A stretch of 64,000 nucleotides of DNA from Phallusia mammillata. Lineage: Eukaryota. The notes under the pieces were generated by a model. It was not told the DNA's origin and did not search any database. It worked only from the letters and a program-made list of their open reading frames with translations. Shown here in pieces: positions 12,103-24,100 of this stretch. The DNA is taken from NCBI GenBank assembly GCA_965637545.1, contig OZ281499.1, positions 7,936,001 to 8,000,000 of the forward strand. Direction: 5' to 3'. The position numbers were made by a program, and so were the translations under genes. Every line of letters begins with the position of its first letter. Position 1 is the stretch's first letter.

Positions 12103-15100
12103 ATGGCTACTAAAAAAACCAATACTTTGGCTGCTTTGCGAATGATGGTTGAATCTGATGATGATGATGAGGAAGAAACATCAACACAGAATGGTAAGAT
12201 GTATTTTTTATGCAAAAAAGCTGCTTTACTTTTTTTCTTTTGAAATTAATGTGGGCATTATACATCTTGAACCATGCTGTGTTACATGAATATAGTTGGA
12301 AAGAGTAAGGATGTTTTGTTTGATAAAACAATTGGTTTGTGTGCAAAAACTGTGTTGTTTTCAACCAATATTGCTTTTATAGGTCTTAGTAATGAAGAGA
12401 TTCTTCGAATTCAATTTGAATCAACTCAGCCGCAACAACCCTTAAAAGGCATTTTAAAGCGAAAAATGCCGAAGCAGGATGGAACTGAAAAAGAAGATTC
12501 AGATTGCAGTAAAAAGTAAGAATTTTGTTGAAATTTTAGTTAGTTATTGATCAAGCTAAATTTCAGGACAGAAAATGGGTCTAGCCCAGAAAAGTTAAAA
12601 CCAACGGAAACAACCCCAATAAAACTTACCAACAACCAACAAGACCCACCATCACCGAAGAAAGGTTAGTTGGTTTATTCATGTGCAAAGCAGAATTCCA
12701 ACCTGGGACATTATGATTTCTCGTGTTAAAAGCAAGGTATTTGGGTTGTAGTGTTTGTATCTTAATAACACTATTTTTAAAAAATGGGGATATTGAGTAC
12801 AAAATACATTGAGTAAAAACAGAGTGTTTCCAGCCCTGGCATGTAGGTCACATAAGTTTCAATGGGAGTTTTGTGCAACTGCTACCACTTTCTGTATACC
12901 GTATTTACTGGATTGTAAGCGGCGGCTTATATTGTTTTTTAGCTGCCGTTTGTGCGGCTTATAATCAAGGGCGGCTTATATTTTAATTTTATACCGAAAT
13001 TATTTCTGCACTCTCAACATTTGAAATTATCTGGGGTTCAAAACATGTTTGCTTGTACAGATTATACGTCGATATTCATTCTGTTGGGTACAGTTATCAA
13101 CAAACTAACAGATATGGGCAAATAGTCATACCATACAACAACAGAAAGATGTATTAAGAAACAATTGTATCTAAAAATCCAGCGTGCGGCTTACAATCGA
13201 GGGCGGCTTACATTATTTTTTTAACACCTCAACATGCAGCTTACAATCGAGGGTGGCTTACAATCGAGTAAATACGGAACATTTATCCACTGGGTTTGTA
13301 TAAATACAATATATATTAAACATTAAAGTTGATTTGGGCAGCAAACTCATTGCTTTGATGGAATTTGCAGGCCACCAACTATTCTTGGAACCCTTAAGGA
13401 GCCTTTCATGCTCTCAGTCTAGGACAGGGGTTCCCAACCTTTTTACGATCTCGTACCACTTGGACGCTCTGTACTGCCATGCGTACCACTTCTTGCAGAA
13501 CAACTAATTTGATCGAAATATGTTTTATTTAGAAGAAGAATATTGGCCTACTAAAATAACACTAAAGCACCACAACTAAATTTAACGAGATTTTGGAGTT
13601 TGTTTACTGTCCACCTATTGGCCGATGCGCGGTGTAAATTTTCTAACAGCGGATGGAAAGTCATTTCCGGGCGCACCCAGTTTTTGTGAAAAAAACGGAA
13701 GCTACTCGCGTACCACTTGAAAAGCCTTCGCGTACCACTAGTGTGGGAACCGCTGGTCTAGGAACACCCTGAGCTAAATAATTGAGACTTGACCATAAAA
13801 ACAATGTTGTAATTGACAGCTAATATTTGGGTAAATTGTAATAAGCATCAATTTATTGCTTTTTACATAGGTTTAGCTGCTCAAGGCCTTGCTCAAGCAC
13901 TGATGTTTATCAAAGACAATGAAGAAGATGTGACCAAGGTGTGTAGAAAATGTTGTTCATAATATTGCATAAACTTTGACAAAATGTTAAGTGTACAAAA
14001 TTTGAAAACTTTTAGGATGAAAAAGAAGTTGAAAAAATAAAGTCAATGGAAACTGAATTAAAGCAGAAACAAGGTATGATGTCTTTTCTTTGATTTTTTA
14101 TGTCTGATTTTTGATTTTACTTCCTAGTGGTTGTTGCTTTAAAAAGCTTTGGTGGTCAAATTTTTAAACAGTGGCTGAATAAGACAAAATTTTCAAGGAC
14201 TGCAGTTTAGATCATTGTGGTTTAAGTTTTAATACCCTACCACGCTACCAGCCCCTTGAAAAGGATAATATAATAAAAAATGTCTGACCCTTGTTTTCAA
14301 TGAACATTCAGGTATATTTATACAATGTAATATAAGCAAATTGTTTTAAATTTTTGTTGTTGTTTTAAGAAGTTCCCATTATAAAGACAGAACCGGAAGC
14401 TACTGTACAAAGTGAATCTGTTATCTTGCTAGCAACAGAATTTGACACTGACACAAAATCAGAGGAAAAATCAGAGGAAAAATCACAAGAAAAATTACAA
14501 GACACTGATACAACACCACCCGTTATTGCTGTAAAGGAGGAGCCCCAAACAAACAACAATGATAAAACTACTGTTTCTAAAGAGCAGAAACATAAAGAAA
14601 ATCAAAATTCTGACCATTCTACAAAAAAATTGGAAGCTGATGAAAACGTAAACAAAGATGTCAAACCACCACTAAAAAAGTTTGTTTTTGAAAAGTGATG
14701 CATTAGTTTAAATTTGCGCATATATATATAACACAGGAATGACATTTTGTAGATTTATCATGAAACTTAATGGCCTACCACTACAGTTTTCTAAACGAGA
14801 ACTCATGATATTTTTGGGTGTTTGGCCTATGAATGGAAATGATGGAATCCGGTGCATTACTGACCGGTAAGTCTTTCATGCCATGCAACACAAGTAGCAG
14901 TAAATCTTGGAACCAGCAACAAAACTTAATGGAATAGAACATATTTGTTTTGTTGTGCTTGATGTAACATGCAGATGTGATTAATATAGACAATTCTGAT
15001 AAATGACACAAATGTATGTATTTATGATATTCAATTTGCCAAGCTTTTATACTGTTGAAATTCACAATCCATTGCAGTTATACAGAATATGTGATGACCC

Positions 15101-18100
15101 AGCATGTAGTTAAGCAAATTCATCTGCATTAACATTGTGGAGTGTTAATTGTTAGTGATGTGGCATAGTAGTTGCCTTAGATAGTTTCAGGTTAGACCGA
15201 AGTTTTCATCAACTAAGACTGAAACCGTTTTTTTGCAAAACAACAATTAGCAAATTGTAAGGTTTTAAACTGTACTAGTCTTTAAGGTTAGGAGAAATGT
15301 TAGGGCATGCAAATTTGATTCTTATTTTTGTAAATGCAGTTATGGTGAACCAACCGGTCGTGCCTACCTGGAACTAGACCGGCATCAGGATAAGATGGAT
15401 GTTCTTAGAATGTCTGGCATGACTTTTAATGACAAGTTGTTAAAGGCTGTTATTTCTTCAGCAAGTGAAATGAATCGGGATTGGGCTTTAACTGAACAAG
15501 CAACAAAACAGCTTGAAAAGTCTACGGTAAGCAGTGTTACCAAATGTGTTTGTTTTAAAAACATATCTTGTTTTAAGTTTGTGGAGCTCTTCTGGCAATT
15601 TACCCCACTAGCCCCCAAAATGGGTAAATTTTTTAAACAATGTCTGAATTGATTAAAATTTGGACAGCTTCTGGAGTGTGCCACTTATAGGTGTCGATTG
15701 TTGTTTTACCCTGTAGCACTATCATTTACCCCACTACCCCCTACAATCAGGTGCAATTCGCAATTAAAAGGAGCTGATTGTTGTGTTTAGCCTTTTTTCT
15801 CAGACAGAGAAAAACCTTGTATGAATGGAATGAATATACTATTCATAACTATGAGAAAGTTTGTTGTTGTAAGATAAAACACAGTGACCGGTACCGAGCT
15901 TAAATAAATATGCTATTTGGATGAATGGAATGAAATTTGAATAGTTTGTAGTCCATACAGCATATTTGTTTATGCTCAGTACCAGTCACTGTGTTTTACC
16001 TTACAACAACAAACTTTCTCATAGTTATCTCTTGAAATGCATTATTTACAACTTTGCATGTGTGGGGACCCATGAGTTTCTGCCTGCAGAAACAACCAAG
16101 GTTATAAAGACAGTAGATGGTATGGGACCCAATATAAAATCAGCATAGAAAATATATCAATGTTTTAAAGTAGGTTATAATGTATATGCAATGGCAATAT
16201 GTGCTAAGCCACCCTTCTAGTTTTTAAAAAAAATTGTCTTAATTTGTTTAAAATTTGTTTTTCATTTTGTCTCTGTTTTTTTTAGTTCAAACCAAAAAGT
16301 GTCAGAAGGCCCAATTTTTCAATCCACAACCAGACCGTTAATACAGTAATACGTACTCTCATGTGTCATAGTATTAAGGGTAAGGGGTGACATAGTAAAT
16401 TTATTGTCTATTGAATTTAGTTGGTGACGATCAAAAGTGGTATAGTAGCGAGGGTGGCATAATAGCAAGGTTGCATAGTATCGAAGTTTGACTGTACTTA
16501 CTAAAGTGTCCCCTGTGGCAAATTAAATACCCGACTATGCTTTTGAGATCACAAAAAATACAAAAAAATGCCAGCAAACACAATGCATTCAAATAGCAGC
16601 ATGTTTGAGCTGATGCGCCCTTGTCCCTGGTGTTTGTTTGCAAGACAAATATAATAGCTGAGTCTCACAGTTCTTGTATATATCTCTTCCCTTTGAAGTA
16701 AAATTGCCCGCAGCTCCAAAAATTGTCACCATCGCCCCCTTCGGTGAAAAAAACTCTCCCGTTGAAAAACCCTACTTTAGATTAATTTTAGTGAGTTCAA
16801 CGCTGTGTAAAGGTAAGCATAGGCCTTTTTAATGCCGATTGACTGCAAGATAGAGCAACACAGTGGAAGGTTGTTGTCAAGCACAACATTTTTTGTCATT
16901 ACATGCACCAAATACACTTTTATTCTGCGTAAACATCTGTTATAATCAGGGAGTCGAACCGCTTGTCATATGGGTTCGGGTTCGGTTCGGTTTCACTCGG
17001 TTTTGTTTTTAAGGGTTTGGGTTCGGTTTTGGTTTGTAAAAGTGTATATTTTCGGGTTCGGGTTTTGTTCCGGTTCGGGCAAATTATCGGGTCCGAACCG
17101 GTTTGCGGTTTTTAACCGGTTCAAATTTTTATTTGTTTTCATTTAATTCTACCCATCATCTGCCTGACCTTATCAAAATCCAAAGAATTTTGCCCGTGCA
17201 CTGTTATTTTTTACATGCCTTATAAGTGTTATCTCCAGTATTCTTTAGTACGCTGTGATGAAAAAAAAAAAAACACCAAATATAAAACAGACTGCATGTT
17301 TTACTGGTTCGGTTCCGGTTTGTGTCCAACGCCAAACAAAATATAGGGTTCAACCCTGGTTCGGGTTTTTAGAAAATCGTAATTAGCGGTTCGGGTTTGG
17401 TCGGGTTTAATGAAATTGACCGCTCAAACCGGTTCGCGGGTTCGGGTTCAGTTCCGGTTCGACTCCCTGGTTATAATATTGTCTGGTGGTGCTGTGATTC
17501 TTGTTAATGATAGAAAAAGAGTTGTTTCATGTTGGAAGAAAATAATACTGAACACTATTTGTAATTGAATTATTATGGGTCCCCTTCCCTGAAGGGTACT
17601 TGTTGTTCTGACAATTCAAGTGAACTTTATTGCATTTTAATCAAGACAAAACATGTCTGAAAGAGGTGTTAGCCACTGCTACAAGTAGAAAATGGCATAT
17701 GCATAAAATAAAACTGCGAATTAAAAATGTGTACATTAAAAGTTGGAGAAAAGCTTTTGTCACCTAATTGTATTCTCTGTGTAACATTTACTTAGATAAT
17801 TTTGTGTTTTGATTATTTGGGACAAGATTAAGGATTTTAAATATATGTCATAATATTTTCTGGTATTATATCGCTTGGAGCTTACAACAACTGCAGAAAC
17901 TTGAAGTTACTTTGGGCTTACCCACTTAATCGATGACTTTTTGAAGTAGTATTGTACAAAAAGTTTAATGCAGATTGCAATCATAAAAAACAGCAAACAA
18001 CTACATCAAGAAGCCTTTGTTTTTATAAAGATAAGAGGTAGACTAAAGTAAGGTAAAGATTATGGTAACGACCTTTACGTAATCTCCAAAAATTTTATTT

Positions 18101-21100
18101 GACAAATAATATTTACCATTCTAAGTTTGATTATCAATTTATTTGTAAATTAATTATTTTCTTTTATTTGCAAACAAAACTTTTTAGTAAAATTGTAACA
18201 GACTGTTGCAGGCTGCAGTACTCTGCTATCAGAAATATTATAGGCTGAACAAATTCTACACAGTTTGAAAATTGTTAAACTTTGTTTGATTCCTAGTGCC
18301 AGAAAAAAAGTATCATCAACATCTTCTTCAGCTTTATTTTTTTAAAATTGTTTTTAGGACTATATCTATTGTTGTATATATTGTGTAAAGCTGTGTAAAT
18401 CTTCTTTACTTTATTTTCTTGTGGAAAAAAGATTGTTGTTTTTGTGCCATCAGTTTGTTCGCCTGTCTAAACTGAAAACAACAGCAAGCAAGGAAGATAT
18501 TACCAAGGCACTGGCAAGGTTTCACCTCAAAACAGAAGGTAACAGAATCACATGGAAAAGTCAGATAGCTGCATAACAATTGGAAGTATATTACTATGTA
18601 GTTCTAAATGTTTTTAAGAGCTCAATTTAATACTTGTTTTGACCTAAATAATATTATATTTGCTGTATTCAATAGGTTAATACTTTTTATTGTTTAAATC
18701 AGTTTGATAAACTGTAATTAAAAATTAATTTGATAAAACTATTGAAAAGTAATTTATAAAACGATGAAAAAATTTTTTAATTTTAATAATGTGTACATGC
18801 AGACAAGTTTCTTTGCAGGATAAATCTTGAATCAATTCAGAATTAAACATTGAAGAAATCAGCAAAATTGTTGTGGTGTGCCCATTGCAGAAGATCTCAC
18901 AAAAGCATTTTTGTTTAAAAGTTTATCACAGTGATAATGTGCACATGTCTGGTTATTACTTATGTGTTTTGCAAATTTGTAAAAGAGAAATATTGGGGTA
19001 TTGTGAGTGTATTTCATTTTATGCAACAGAAAAAGTCAACTTTTTGGTTGTTTAAGTCTGGATTTATAGTCTGTTTTGGTAACTCAAACCAAATGTTGAA
19101 CAGTTATGGCGCAATATAGGCCTGTGTTTTGAAATTCTTGCCTTTTTCAGACATTTACTGCCACTCTTCTTCGGATGATTGTGAAAATGATGGTACAGTT
19201 TTTGTTGTAACTGATTCCTTTAAGGTTGCAAATGCACTCTGTTCTGCACAACTGCTAAGCAATGGAAGGTAGGTTTAGATCTTTTCTGTTACCTGGACAA
19301 ATTAACAAGCATTTTTTTTGCTTTTAGTCACAAACTAATTGTGTGTGACTTTTAAGCATTGGCATTAGCATAAATTTTTGTGATGCAAATAATTTGTCCT
19401 ATTTATATATGTTGGACAATTACGTTGGTTGAGTGTGAATTTACTGATGCATCAATTTTCTGCAAATTTACAGACCACTGGAGGCCAGAAAAGTCCACTC
19501 TGATTTTGTATCTCAATGGTGTTCGAAAAATGACATCCCATTTAGTGTGAGAGAATTTGGTGATGTGGATGTAACTGAGCTTGAAAGTCCTGAACAACTT
19601 GAACCAGGTTAATACTAATTTTTTCATTTGAGTATTTATCAACTAACTGTAATTGTGACCCCAATAAAAATATATAGGTCAATTTTGGAACAATTGAATA
19701 AAACTTGTACGGTTTGGAGAATTTGGTATAGTAGGGTGTTGACTAATGTATTTTCCTTTGCAGCTTCAACACTTACATTAAAGCAATAAGTTGTAGAACA
19801 TAAATCGAAAACATTTCGAAAAAATACTTTCTGAAAAAAATGACAAGTCATATTTTTCTGCTTAATCTTTTTTTTCTTTTTTTTTGATACTGATGCTAAT
19901 CCAATGTTATTTTATGGATTTTGCACTGATTTATTTTTGTGTGTTATGGCATATTTTGCAGACATTAATGAACCAGATCCCAATACAAAACTAACAGAAG
20001 CAGAATTGAAAACAACATCAACCCCAGAAGAAGATGTAACAACAGAGGTTTGTTCATGTTAAATGTGCACTGCAGAACTAGGGATTTATTTGGTCTTTTG
20101 ATCCATAAAAAACACCAAGAAAATATTTTTAGGTGAAGAAACCAGATTTCCAGTATGTTGATAAACATTAGTTTGCTCTTATTTTTCAGAAAACCATTAA
20201 AGCTGAAATATCTGAAAGTGAAAAACCTACCATCAGGTAAAAGCATCTGTTTGTGTATTTGGGCCGTTATTTTTACCATTAAACTTATTAACAGATCCGT
20301 ATATACTCCTCCAAAGGAAAAGCAGTTTTCCAATTGATGTACACTAGATGTCGGTAACCTTTTAGGCGACACATGCCATTTTTTTGTTATTTTCATGTGT
20401 TAATGACCTCTCGTGCCAGCGTTTTTCCAAATAATAGTGGTTCGTGCCAGCAGATATCAATAATAAAGAGAAAGCAGAGCGTTTTGTGCATGCAAGGTTG
20501 ATTTTTAAGAAAATGGTATGATAAAAAATGAAAACAAGCAGTTTTCCAAGTTAAATTGTTACAACCTTGGCGCGCGTACCATGGCTTGCCGACCCCTGAA
20601 GTACACTTACACACAAATTTTAACAGTTTAAATTAAACAAACACAATTTTATTTTGTTTTTAGTGCAAAACCGGTAATAGTGACAAGCCAGCCTCCAAAA
20701 TTGACCCCCACTGAAAGCAAACCTCCAAGACCAATTGCGCCCTTTCCATTGGGTCAACCACCTATGGGTCCCATGCCCATGAGACCCCCTTTTATGCCTG
20801 GACCACCAATGATGATGGGTATGATGAGACCACCTGGAATGATGCCAATGGGTCCACATGGAAGGCCAATGGGACCACCAGGGGCTCTACCCATGGGGCC
20901 ACCGGGAATGGGTCCACGGCCAGGTAAAATTCCTACAACTGCGTACTGTATGTACGAAGGTTTGTCAAATAAGAGTTGTAAGCGGGCCTGAAATTGAGCT
21001 CGTTCGGAAAAATTCATGTATAAAAATGCCCAAGCCTGAAACTCAGCCTGTACTTTACCAAAAACTAAGGCCTGAATTGGGACAAAAATTATATTTACCA

Positions 21101-24100
21101 AGCAGAAATTATGGCACAAACTAAAAAAAACCTAACCGTGACATATCCTGTAGTTTCTAATGCATTTAAAAATGTCAACAGGGTAATAATTTTAGTTTGT
21201 GCAACTGCTCAAGCGATGCTTGGTACCGATTACTCGGGTTCTGGTTTGGATCGGCCCATTCCTATTATCTAGCAATGGATGGTACCAGAAGCATAGGCGC
21301 CCACTTGAAAAAATATGCGGGGAGGCAGAGGCAAAACTTTCTAACCTAACATAGTACAAAAAACGCCGACTCCCAGATTTTTACACAAAAACGCCCATAC
21401 ACGACTCGGTCAACATTAACTGGTGACGTAATAATTTCCACACGTGATGGTAACGCAATTTGTAAGTACTTTGGCAAGCATTTTTAACTTGCAAAACTAC
21501 TACTCACAAGTTAATGCTAAACGCTGGCAACGCACACGACATGACTACTGGAACTGGAAGGTTAAACTTACTGTTACGTCGTTTTAACCAAGCGGTGTAA
21601 ATTTAGTTTTATCAGTTAAACGTAACAATCGTTATGTGACGCAACAGTCCGTAAGACAATTAGTATTCTATTGGATGACGTCAACTGCCTGCTTGCTGAA
21701 TGCTTTGTAATATGTTGCAATCAGTTTATATCTTACGTCGTGCCGCGTGCGTGTAGTTTATTTACACACTGCTTTTTTCATATAGAAACTAGTAAATTGT
21801 GAAATGTTGATTTTATTTACAAGGAAAGAACAGATATGCCTTATTGCTCATTGACAAAATGTGTTTTGTCTAATTGGATTCTGTGCAGCAAACTCAGTGA
21901 CAAGTTGATCCACATCAAGAGAGTCATCAATTTCCTTGTGGGTGCTCAAAATGCAGGTGCTGTTGAGACGTTCCTGTGACATGGTGGAACGCAAGTACGT
22001 TTTAATTCGACGCAGAGTGCTAAAAGATCTTTCTGCCTCTCAAGAAGTGGATGGCAAACACATATACAAACGATGAAGAGTTATCATGTTTGGATGGGCG
22101 TATTTAAGAGTCGGTTCTTTGCGAAATATTTCAATAATGTTTCCAATTGTTGGTTTCGAAATGTGGAGATGCTGAAGGTAATTTTGGAAATACTGGACTT
22201 CCAAGGAAAGACGATTGCAGTTGACGTCGGGAAAGTTTTCAATTAACTGTGCCTGGTCAACTTGTTTGCAAAGAAGTGTGTCCTCCATCAACCGAACTTT
22301 TTGCCAAATTTTCTTTAGAAAATTGGTTAACAAGTGCACAGTTTGCCAAGCGGTACATTTCTGTGTAAATATTTTTGTAATAATGAAGGGGAGTCAAATC
22401 GATATCTTGCGAACATCGACGCCTCCTTGCAACAACCGGTTCAGATATTTTAAGTTGCCTCGCTGAATCCACTACAGATTGTACAAAGGCTTCCGCATTT
22501 TTGTCGGAAGCACTCTCCTCTGAAAACGTGTTTACCAGTCTCCCAATCATTTCCTGAACTTCGGCCACAGTTGTATTTCTAAGTTGCATTTTAGTGTGAA
22601 CTGGATGAACGGGAATCAAAAATCTTTCCATTAGACGCAGCATAAAGTAAGTCGAAAATTTTTCCAGGGAAGCAAGATGAGAGCGCGCATTTGAACGTGT
22701 AACCACATCTATCGAAGTTTCGGATTGCAAACTTTCAAGCCAATCTAGAATTTTTTCATAATTGCAACCAATCCTTCAACTCTGTTTTTTTTTTTCTTCT
22801 AAAAATCTAATTAGTTGCATCATGTTGGAAGTGACCACGTACTGCTAGGCCTTGCCGTGTTAAAAAAATCACGCTTTCAAAAATAGCATGCAGAGCTTTT
22901 AATACTTTTTTCCTTCGAACTGAAATTCGATCCATCAATGCCTCATCACCTGCATCGCCGGCTTGAACCGAGGCAAGGTCCTTGTGGTGCTTGCTTTCGT
23001 GATGTTTTAGAAGACCAGGCTTTCCTTTTTTCCAATTGTTAAATCACTTAACCCAAACAATACCTTGGCCTTCCAAAAATTTTCGTGAAGCTGGTCCAAC
23101 TCGGTTGTTTTCATAGGCCCCATTTACAGACCTTGCACGTCAAACTGTCATTGACTGAATCATAATCGATCCAGTGGAACTCTTCAATCCACGACTGTTG
23201 GAATTTGCGACCATGCTGTGAAGCTGGCTCTGTCTCAAACACGATTTCTTGCGCGGCTTTATCTACTACCACTCTGTCACTGCATACGGGCGCCACTGTA
23301 ACATTTACCTCGGAAGTTGGACGGAAAAAGCTTTTTATTGTCGGCTGCTTACTCATGATTCTGTTATAAGGCTTGATTTTAAAGAATAAACTTTGGAACA
23401 TAAACTGCAAATGACCGTCTGGTCATTGACTTACCTTGCGTCTATGACGTAACACTATGCATTCGTGTAAATAATATATTGTAGAGAGGGTAGTAAAAGA
23501 AAAAAATAGACGTTGTTTATAGAATATTAAGACGCCCGGTAAGGGACGTCGAAACGTCGGATGACTTGTACATACTTGCCGGACAAACAAAAAAAGACAT
23601 TGTTTATTTAATTGCAAATCTTGCTTGTGACGTGGTTGGGGATGCAAATACCCGGGGAGGCGGCGCCTCCCCGCCTCCCCGTAAGTGGGCGCCAATGACC
23701 AGAAGACTTGCCTACAAACAAATTGCAATTATAGAATATATGTAGAATTTTTTGTATTCCTCAGGTTTTATACCAACCATTTACATGCGAATGTACAACC
23801 TGCCTGAACAGGCCAACACTGATGATATAAAGCAGTTTTTTGCCCCCATTGTTCCAGCTAAGATTGCCCAGGTAATGAAACTTTTCTTGGTGTTTTTAAA
23901 AAACTGTTGTAGGTGCTGCTGATAAACTTTTGAGTATTTTATAAACTTTAAATAAGTTGATTGTAATTATCTCGTTTAGAACCTAATCATTGTGCAATAT
24001 TATTTGTTCCATCAGTTGTATGTAGTTTTAAAGTTAAAAACCTCCTCAAACGTCCAACCCATTTATTTTGGCTTTAATTGTATACTACGTTTGCACATTA

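Noticed and set aside
17974-18048. Open stretch IAIIKNSKQLHQEAFVFIKIRG after an AG, with an RNP1-like EAFV
   Set aside because: No preceding RNP2 exon or phase-compatible path found; left out of the gene model.
20133-20236. Alternative reading with a 20-nt exon followed by KPLKLKYLKVKNLPS, which would look like a fourth RRM start
   Set aside because: Needs a 37-nt intron and its phase does not fit the next exon at 20664; the phase-0 reading KTIKAEISESEKPTI fits both neighbours.
23531-23562. GACGCCC..GGGACGTC-GAAACGTCGG inside the hAT element, resembling the 3' half of a hammerhead ribozyme
   Set aside because: The required upstream CTGANGA is absent (AATATTAA instead).
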